Shown in pieces: positions 28,383-35,537 of a DNA stretch of 64,000 nt. This DNA comes from an uncultured Candidatus Saccharibacteria bacterium (GTDB lineage: Bacteria; Patescibacteriota; UBA1384; JAMDBS01; DAOVQR01), in contig CAYZSW010000005.1 in assembly GCA_964481135.1 (NCBI GenBank), positions 28,126 through 92,125 of the forward strand. Direction: 5' to 3'. The notes beneath the pieces are model-generated. The model was not told the origin of the DNA, made no database searches, and was given only the letters and a program-made list of their open reading frames with translations. Made by a program: the position numbers and the translations under genes. Positions within the stretch are counted from its first letter, which is position 1. Each line of letters opens with the position of its first letter.

Positions 28383-28730
28383 ATGATTCCGTATAAAACA
28401 AAATCTCAAGAAATTCCCGGTACAAATTTAGGAGAAACATACAGAAGTGCTTATTTTAAAAAAGAAAAGATATTTTTTGATTTTTTCTGGAATCATCTAA
28501 AACAAAAATCTCCTAAAGAAAGATTTAAAAGATTAAAATTATTTAAATCTGCAATAGAAGTAATTAAAAATTCTAGAAATAAACCAGAAACTAAGACTAA
28601 TCCAAATAAGAAAACTGAAATATTTTATAGGTTTGCTGGTCTTACTAAAAGTCAGTTATTTATTGTTCAAATTAAAGAAAATAAAAGAAGTAAAAATAAA
28701 TATTTAATGTCTTGTTTTTCTATAAAATAA
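28383..28730 (+). CDS. Small basic protein, possible BECR/PBECR-fold RNase toxin
   Basis: HL..K..KER.KRL, FYRFAG, FIVQIKEN, C-terminal KYLMSCF strand pattern; TGGTATAAT 6 nt before ATG. Confidence 0.55.
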   Translation: MIPYKTKSQEIPGTNLGETYRSAYFKKEKIFFDFFWNHLKQKSPKERFKRLKLFKSAIEVIKNSRNKPETKTNPNKKTEIFYRFAGLTKSQLFIVQIKENKRSKNKYLMSCFSIK

Positions 28731-28779
28731 AAAGATCTCCGCCTAAGTGGAGTATGGAAACTCATGGCCGAGAACTTTT
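28730..28779 (-). ncRNA. Candidate structured small RNA convergent with the 28383-28730 gene
   Basis: Nested stems aaaagttctc/gagatctttt, gcc/ggc, gagt/actc; minus-strand TTGACA (28816-28811)-17 nt-AATAAT with TG extension just upstream. Confidence 0.45.
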
Positions 28780-28828
28780 CTATAATAATTATTACAAAGA
28801 TTATATTTTTTGTCAATGTTGAAAACTT

Positions 28829-28900
28829 ACACCACGCCGACCTCGTAGGTCAGAGTAAATTTTACAGGTTCAACATCTACTCCGACCTACGAGGTCAAAG
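28829..28900. repeat. REP family B doublet, copy 2
   Basis: acaccacgccgacctcgtaggtcagagtaaattttacaggttcaacatctactccgacctacgaggtcaaag; abuts RAYT-2 stop codon. Confidence 0.93.
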
Positions 28901-29575
28901 TTAACCGGCATAATTTTCAATAATTAAACTTTTTATTGCAGACAGCTGTCTTTGATAATCAATTCTATTATTTACAAATTCTTTATACTTTTTTGGATCA
29001 ATCTCTAATATATTTTTATAATTGCATATTTTAGATGCTGTTTTTTCTAGGTATTCTTTATACGAGCTAAATTGCCAATCAAAAGGATTACTTACTACAT
29101 TAGCAGAAACCGGATTAAGATGAATATACCTAGTCAGATGTAATAGTTGTTCATCGTCTTGAACTCTGACGCTTTTAAATCGGCTAGACCAAAGTGGTCC
29201 AGATCGATGATGTTTTGTGTTAAAATATTTTGAGTAGCTATTAGAAATTTTTGCGATATATTTAATAATTCCTAGATTTTTATTTTGTCGGATTATTAGA
29301 TGAAAATGAGTCGGCATGATGCAATAGGCAACTATATCAACCAATGTTTTGTTTTCAATACGCAATTTTTCCAATTCAATAAATTGATTTTTATCACTTA
29401 ATTTTTTGAAATGTGAAAATTGATAATTAAAGTTTTTAAATCTTAATATGTCAATGAGTTCAATCATTCTTTGACATTCTTCACTGGAACTAAATATCAC
29501 AAAACCCGCAATACTGCGATTGTAAATATGATAACACTCTCCATTTACAAGCTCATCTTTTCTATACTGCACCAT
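28901..29575 (-). mobile_element. REP-associated tyrosine transposase RAYT-2 (paralog of RAYT-1)
   Basis: YHIYNR, YCIMPTHFHL, YFNTKHHRSGPLW..RFKS, RYIHLNPV, WQFSSY. Confidence 0.92.
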
Positions 29576-29590
29576 ACTCCAATTATATCA

Positions 29591-29671
29591 TACACCACAC
29601 CGACCTCGTAGGTCAGAGTAATTTTTACAGGTTCAAGACCTACTCCGACCTACGAGGTCAGAGTAAATTGG
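29591..29671. repeat. REP family B doublet, copy 3
   Basis: tacaccacaccgacctcgtaggtcagagtaatttttacaggttcaagacctactccgacctacgaggtcagagtaaattgg. Confidence 0.93.
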
Positions 29672-29730
29672 TTAAAATAATAAATATGATATAATATAAA
29701 TATAATATTAGTATTAATAAAAGGAGGAAT

Positions 29731-29928
29731 ATGAAAGCTCTAAAATGGATTGCCTTGATTTTGATAATCGTAGGTGGTCTTAACTGGGGTTTAGTTGGAC
29801 TCTTTAATTTTGATCTAGTTGCAACAATTTTTGGAGACATGTCTACACTTTCAAGAATTGTTTATAGTTTAGTTGGTTTAAGTGCAATTTATATTGCATT
29901 TGTAAGTCCAAGCATGATGAAGGACTAA
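29731..29928 (+). CDS. DUF378 small membrane protein
   Basis: IVGGLNWGLVGLFNFDLV..IFG, RIVYSLVGLSA; AGGAGG SD. Confidence 0.9.
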   Translation: MKALKWIALILIIVGGLNWGLVGLFNFDLVATIFGDMSTLSRIVYSLVGLSAIYIAFVSPSMMKD

Positions 29929-29944
29929 TTTAATAAAACTATTT

Positions 29945-29977
29945 AAAAACACCCTATGTATTATGGGGTGTTTTTTT
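29945..29977 (+). terminator. Intrinsic terminator
   Basis: aaaaacacccta..tggggtgtttttttt. Confidence 0.8.
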
Positions 29978-30065
29978 AAATTAAACAAATAAAAATAAAG
30001 TGCAAAAAACAGTAAATAATATTTGTGATATAATAAAATCAAATATTAAACATTTAGGATTTTTT

Positions 30066-30986
30066 ATGTCGGAAATTAAAAAATATAATCCAGAAAATAA
30101 TCAAATCAAGCAAGATGATAAAAATTTAGGCAAAAATAAAATTACTAGAAGAGAATTTTTGAAAAAATCAGGTCTTGCTCTTTTAGGATTAACTTTGTTT
30201 GGTACTAAAGCTTTAGGAAAAGCCGAGAAACAGCCAGATAAGAAATTATCAGATCAGCCAGAAGCTAAACTAGAGCCAGAAAAGCCCAAAGTTGAAGAAA
30301 AAGAAAACAAACTAGAAATTGATGAAAACTATAAAGATAAGATTGATGAGAAAGTTAAAAAAGAAATCAATAATATTTTTAAAACAAATAATTTTGATGA
30401 TTTAATAAAAATATGTGAAAAAGTACAAGGATATTCTGAATCAGTAAAAAAATATGCAAAAGAATATAATGTAGACGAAAGATATCTTTATGCCATAATT
30501 TTTGTTGAATCCAAGGGCGACCCTTCTGCTTACAATGAAAATTCCGGAGCATTTGGTTTGTGTCAGTTTACTCAAGACACAGCACAGCAATTTAATCTTT
30601 CCGACAGAGGAAATGAAGATGATTCAATAAGAGCAACAGCCAAATATTTGCAGTATTATAAAAATTTTATTGGTCGAGATGATTTGAATATTACTTCGTT
30701 TAATATTGGCTACGGTAGATTGCAAGAATTACTGGAGAAATTTACCGATAAAAAAATTCAACAATTTCCTAAAGAATTAGTAATTTCAGAAGAACTGTCT
30801 TATCCAAAAATTTATTTTGAGGCAACCAAAGAAGCTCACCCAAACACTAATTTATATATGAATAAAGAGCTTGGTGAAGAGGGAAAGAATTATTATTTTA
30901 AAATATTAGCAGCAATAGAAGTGTTAAAAATGCATCGCAAAGATCCTGAAAATTTCAAAAGATTAAGCCAAGAAAATTTTAAGTAG
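30066..30986 (+). CDS. SLT-family lytic transglycosylase with twin-arginine-like N-terminus
   Basis: AIIFVES (catalytic Glu), GAFGLCQF, AKYL, SFNIG; TRREFLKK followed by a hydrophobic stretch. Confidence 0.82.
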   Translation: MSEIKKYNPENNQIKQDDKNLGKNKITRREFLKKSGLALLGLTLFGTKALGKAEKQPDKKLSDQPEAKLEPEKPKVEEKENKLEIDENYKDKIDEKVKKEINNIFKTNNFDDLIKICEKVQGYSESVKKYAKEYNVDERYLYAIIFVESKGDPSAYNENSGAFGLCQFTQDTAQQFNLSDRGNEDDSIRATAKYLQYYKNFIGRDDLNITSFNIGYGRLQELLEKFTDKKIQQFPKELVISEELSYPKIYFEATKEAHPNTNLYMNKELGEEGKNYYFKILAAIEVLKMHRKDPENFKRLSQENFK

Positions 30987-31019
30987 GTATTTAAGAACTA
31001 ATTAGTATCAAAAGTAAAT

Positions 31020-31796
31020 CTAGTTTTTAGTAGTAGAGGGCTTTTTTACTAAGAAATAAATAGTGGTTATTAAGAATAGCCCTAAACAAATATAAAGAGT
31101 ATAAATAATAAGTGAATATTGGTTGTTAAAACCATTTAAAGAAGTGTGTTTTGAAAGTATGCCATAGTACGCCCAAATAAAAACTAAAATATAAGCAATT
31201 TTTTTATCATAAAAAGTTCTAGCTATGCCAACAAAGGTAGCAACCAGTAAGATAATACTTGTCCAAACATAATCTGCTACACCAAATCCATTCCAGCCGG
31301 TGCTTACCAAAAATACAGTAATATTGGCAACTGTTGCTACTGTGATCCAGCCAAAATAAATACTAAAAGGGACAGAAAGAAATAAGTTTTTCATAAATTC
31401 AAGTTTTTGATCTCGCATAATGTTAGCAATTTTAATCAAGCAATATAAAATACCAAGCATTAAAATTACACTTAAAAATATTTGCTCATAATGCCAAGCA
31501 AATATCCAAGTAGCGTTAATAAGCGAAGAAGCGATATAGTACGGACTTATTTTTTTAATAATTTCTTCATCTTTGCCTTTTAGAAAAAATTGATAAATTG
31601 TGTAGATAAAAAGAAGTAAATAAATTAATCCCCAAATAGAAAAAGTAAACCCAGCCGGAGCAAAGAGATTTGGATAACTATCAGATATTTGACCAGTAGT
31701 AATATTGTTTATTGGCAAAATATTGGCAAGTGCATTTGCCACGATCATCACCAAAAACGATACTAGTGCTAAAATTTTTAGATAAATTGTTTTCAT
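31020..31796 (-). CDS. TspO-like tryptophan-rich membrane protein
   Basis: ISDSYPNLFAPAGFTFSIWGLIY, FSIYFGWITVATVAN. Confidence 0.75.
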   Translation of the reverse strand: MKTIYLKILALVSFLVMIVANALANILPINNITTGQISDSYPNLFAPAGFTFSIWGLIYLLLFIYTIYQFFLKGKDEEIIKKISPYYIASSLINATWIFAWHYEQIFLSVILMLGILYCLIKIANIMRDQKLEFMKNLFLSVPFSIYFGWITVATVANITVFLVSTGWNGFGVADYVWTSIILLVATFVGIARTFYDKKIAYILVFIWAYYGILSKHTSLNGFNNQYSLIIYTLYICLGLFLITTIYFLVKKPSTTKN

Positions 31797-31898
31797 GGTT
31801 CTATTATAACACGGCAATATTAATCGGCAAAATAAAAAACTTACATTATTTAATAATTTATATTATAATATATAGTAAGATTCATTAATTAAAAAAAT

Positions 31899-32567
31899 AT
31901 GTTGCACGGACAATTTACATTACCTTTTGCCTATGAGTTAACAGCTGTTTTTTTATTGGCTATAACAGGCGCAATGGTAGCTATAGAAAAGGACTATGAT
32001 TTTTCTGGAGTTTTAATTTTGGCTTTTATTGCTGGTGCGAGCGGGGCCATTATTCGTGATGGAATATTTTTAAATAAAGTACCAATAATGGTAGAAAAAT
32101 GGCAGTACTTAGCTGCCATTTTAGCAGGTGCTGTAATTACAGCTTTATTTATTGGCTTAATTAAAAAATTTAATACTGTTTTTGTATTAATAGATGCGCT
32201 AGGTTTAGGAATTTTTGGAATTATTGCAGCACAACTTGCCCTAATGCAAGATTTAAATGTGTTGTCAGCGGTTTTAATTGGTATTGTTGGTGCTACTACA
32301 GGTGGGCTTTTACGCGACTTAATAACTACCAATGAGCCGCTACTTTTAAAACCAGGACAATATTATTTTTCAGCGGCTTTAATTGGAATTATTGCCTTTA
32401 TTGCCCTGGCAGTCTATGCAGATGTTAATGCTCAAATAGCTGCTATCATCGGTATTTTTATAGTATTTGTTTTAAGAGTTTTGTCATTTGCTTTAAATTG
32501 GCAATCATTTCCTGCAGTTAATATTTCCAAAACTTTAAAATTAAATAAAGACAAAGAAAATAAATAA
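31899..32567 (+). CDS. Trimeric intracellular cation channel family (UPF0126/YadS-like)
   Basis: Duplicated GA/GG.IRD motifs, DALGLG, GGLLRD. Confidence 0.85.
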   Translation: MLHGQFTLPFAYELTAVFLLAITGAMVAIEKDYDFSGVLILAFIAGASGAIIRDGIFLNKVPIMVEKWQYLAAILAGAVITALFIGLIKKFNTVFVLIDALGLGIFGIIAAQLALMQDLNVLSAVLIGIVGATTGGLLRDLITTNEPLLLKPGQYYFSAALIGIIAFIALAVYADVNAQIAAIIGIFIVFVLRVLSFALNWQSFPAVNISKTLKLNKDKENK

Positions 32568-32600
32568 CTTAAAATTATCTAGAATGATTTTTTAGAAATT

Positions 32601-33245
32601 CTATTTTAAGAATTCTTTGAAAAAGTATAAAGCAAAAAGCATAAATACTACGCCAACAATATATTTTCCATATTTAGTAAAAAATGTATTAATTGGTGTA
32701 AGTATTGTTTGAGCTTTAGTTGGAAAAATCAGATAAATAATAAGCGGAACGCTAACTGGAACAGAAAAACACAATATTCCGAAAATTGCTAGCAGTATTG
32801 CAGTAGGAATATTTAAGCTAGATAAAGGAATTTCTTTAGATGCTGCAAATAAAGCAACTATTGAGTTTAAATTTACTAAATTTATCATAAAACCAATTTT
32901 CAAAAACTTTCTTGAATCTAAAGATTCAAGATTGGATATATTATTTTTAGTATTTGCTTTGCCAAAAAGTGTCTTAAGTCCTAAAAATATAAATATAATT
33001 ATTAGTAATACATCAATAATTTTTCCGAATTCCTGATGAATGTTGGGTGGTCCTATTCTTTTTCCAATAATAAGTCCAAGTAGAATAACAATTATTGCAA
33101 CTAATACAGAACCAATCATAAAATAAAAAGCATTTTTTGATGCATTTTTCTTTTGGCTTAAAATTATAAGTGCGATACTAAAAATTACCGGGCTAATAAT
33201 AGCTGCTATTTGCAAGGTCAAAATTTTTACAATTTCTGTATTCAT
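32601..33245 (-). CDS. GAP/LysE-like membrane protein
   Basis: Six hydrophobic segments, AAIISP N-terminal motif. Confidence 0.6.
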   Translation of the reverse strand: MNTEIVKILTLQIAAIISPVIFSIALIILSQKKNASKNAFYFMIGSVLVAIIVILLGLIIGKRIGPPNIHQEFGKIIDVLLIIIFIFLGLKTLFGKANTKNNISNLESLDSRKFLKIGFMINLVNLNSIVALFAASKEIPLSSLNIPTAILLAIFGILCFSVPVSVPLIIYLIFPTKAQTILTPINTFFTKYGKYIVGVVFMLFALYFFKEFLK

Positions 33246-33477
33246 ACAAATATTATACAATAAAAACACAATTTAATAAATTTTCCAATTATAAAAATAA
33301 ATGATATAATGTATATAACAATTAAAGGAGGGTAGTGAAAAAATTTTTATATAATTTACTTATGAGATATGCAACAAATTTTGCATTTTTTGTATTTGTT
33401 CAAATATCTTTTTTTAGAAATATTAATATTAATGTCATTAAATGTGATTATTTTAGATAACAAGAGGAAAGGTCTTT

Positions 33478-34149
33478 ATGCAAAAAGGAAATGTTTGGAT
33501 TATTGTAGGTATTGTAGTGATTATTTTAGGAGCTGGTTTAGTTACTTGGAATATGAATAAAAATTCAAAAACTAGTCAGCCACAAGATGATTTAGTTGAA
33601 ATTACAGATATCACAATGTACGATTGTAAAGATAATAAAAATATCCATGCCACATATTATTTAGACAAAGTAGATCTAAGATTAAGCGACGGGCGAACCA
33701 TAACTTTATCAAAAGCAATTTCTGCAAATTATCAAAGATATGTTAACGAGGATGAAACAATTACTTTTTGGGACAAAATTGACACAGTTAATCTTATTGA
33801 ATCAGATAAAGAAACATATGTTGATTGTGTTGAAACTTTATTAAGTAGTAATACCAAATTAGAAATGAAAGTTTATGATAAAGTAGATGAAAAAACAAAC
33901 AGTATTTGGGATAAAAAAGTTACTATTAACGAAACATATCAAGACAATAAGGCAGCAAAAGGTAAGTGGTGGGCAAATGATGCTTGGGACTGGATTGCTT
34001 GGAAACAAGGCGGCGAATGGATAGTACTTGTAAGCATGGATGGATTTGATTGTAATGAGCTAAAGCAAATTCCCGAAGAATATAATGAATTTTTTAAGAA
34101 TACTATTTACGATACAAGTGGAAACTTAATTTGTTACGATGATAAATAA
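33478..34149 (+). CDS. MliC-like domain protein with C-terminal extension
   Basis: N-terminal TM; YDC..LSDGRTITLSKAISANYQRYVNEDETITFW..C; paralog of next gene. Confidence 0.65.
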   Translation: MQKGNVWIIVGIVVIILGAGLVTWNMNKNSKTSQPQDDLVEITDITMYDCKDNKNIHATYYLDKVDLRLSDGRTITLSKAISANYQRYVNEDETITFWDKIDTVNLIESDKETYVDCVETLLSSNTKLEMKVYDKVDEKTNSIWDKKVTINETYQDNKAAKGKWWANDAWDWIAWKQGGEWIVLVSMDGFDCNELKQIPEEYNEFFKNTIYDTSGNLICYDDK

Positions 34150-34200
34150 AAAATAAATTTAGTAATTAATTAGTGAAACTAATTAATTCTAGGAGGTTTT

Positions 34201-34557
34201 ATGCAAAAAGGAAATGTTTGGATTATTGTGCTAGTCGTGGTAGTTGTTTTAGGTGTTGGTTTACTAGTTTGGAATAATAATAAGCAACCAACAACCCAAG
34301 AAGTTGAGCCACAAGTTACTCTTACAACAGTTAAATTTACATGTGACAACGAGAAAGAAATCGATGCAACCTTTCATAGTGATAAAGTAGATTTAGTTTT
34401 AAGTGATGATCGTGTTATGACATTGCCCCAAGCAACTTCAGCTTCTGGCGCAAGATACGCAAATTCTGACGAAACAATTGTTTTTTGGAATAAAGGCGAA
34501 ACAGCGTTTGTTATGGAAAACGACAAAGAAACATTTTCAAATTGTGTAGAAAAATAA
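34201..34557 (+). CDS. MliC/PliC-family lysozyme inhibitor
   Basis: FTC..LPQATSASGARYANSDETIVFWNKG..C. Confidence 0.88.
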   Translation: MQKGNVWIIVLVVVVVLGVGLLVWNNNKQPTTQEVEPQVTLTTVKFTCDNEKEIDATFHSDKVDLVLSDDRVMTLPQATSASGARYANSDETIVFWNKGETAFVMENDKETFSNCVEK

Positions 34558-34577
34558 TAATTACAAGGAGTATAATA

Positions 34578-35450
34578 ATGAATACTAATTCAGAAGATAA
34601 GCAAAATAAACCCAAATCAAACACTGCGTTAATCGTTGTACTAGTAATTATTGTTGTATTGCTAATATTTGGTATTGGAGGTTATTTCACCTGGAAATAT
34701 ATTTCGGGATTGTTAGATAATACACAAGAAACAACACAAGAAACATTAGAAGTAAAAAAACATTCACAAAAAATTAATGTTTTAGAAAATGTGCTTAGAT
34801 ACCCAAATTTTCTTGAATTGGACAAAGAAACAAACACAGATACTGGATCAAAATTAACAATGAAAATGCTTACATCAGATGATGTTAAAACTGTTTATTT
34901 ATATTACGAAGAGCTAATATTGGGAAATAATTGGTTAGAAAATGGCAAAGGTCTAGCGACTGATTTAACAGGTGGATATTTTCGAATTGAAGAAAAAGAT
35001 TTTCAAGCAGATATAAATATTAAGCAGTTATTTTCAAACACAAGCATTGAAATTTCAATTTATTTTGAGAATGATGATATAAATTTTAGTCATATAAAAC
35101 CAGATATTTCAATCAACAATACTTCCAACACTAGTATCAATGCGAAAATGCAAAATGGGTTTATTTTTTATGATTCAGATACTAGAATAATTAATGAAAA
35201 TGAGCTTTATGATTTATCTCATTGGGAACTTAAGGTTGCTAGAAACGAAATTTATGCTCGTCACGGTCGTAAATTTGTTCATAAAGATTTATCCTGCTAT
35301 TTTGCTCAACAAACATGGTATAGTATTGATACAAATTATCAGGAAGGTAATTTAAGTAAAACAGAACAAAAAAATATTGCAACAATCTTAGCATATGAAG
35401 AAAAAATTGATAGTTCTTATTTAAGACACGATAGCGGTTGTCATAATTAA
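34578..35450 (+). CDS. Membrane-anchored YARHG-domain protein
   Basis: ARNEIYARHGRKF..YFAQQTWY..LSKTEQKNI; N-terminal TM. Confidence 0.9.
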   Translation: MNTNSEDKQNKPKSNTALIVVLVIIVVLLIFGIGGYFTWKYISGLLDNTQETTQETLEVKKHSQKINVLENVLRYPNFLELDKETNTDTGSKLTMKMLTSDDVKTVYLYYEELILGNNWLENGKGLATDLTGGYFRIEEKDFQADINIKQLFSNTSIEISIYFENDDINFSHIKPDISINNTSNTSINAKMQNGFIFYDSDTRIINENELYDLSHWELKVARNEIYARHGRKFVHKDLSCYFAQQTWYSIDTNYQEGNLSKTEQKNIATILAYEEKIDSSYLRHDSGCHN

Positions 35451-35495
35451 TACTACAAGTTGCATTAAATAGTTCTGCGTGATTTATTGCTAAAT

Positions 35496-35525
35496 AAAAA
35501 ACCACCAATATTTTTGGTGGTTTTT
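35496..35525. terminator. Bidirectional terminator between convergent genes
   Basis: aaaaaaccacca-atattt-ttggtggttttt. Confidence 0.85.
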
Positions 35526-35537
35526 GAAAATTAAAAT

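Noticed and set aside
28251-29671. Three ~70-bp repeats as a CRISPR array
   Set aside because: Intervals are ~590 and ~760 bp and contain whole genes, there are no cas genes, and the repeats flank a RAYT, so they are REP-type.
33369-33560. 63-aa ORF upstream of the MliC-like gene
   Set aside because: It overlaps the better-supported 33478 gene in another frame, is low-complexity and has no motif.
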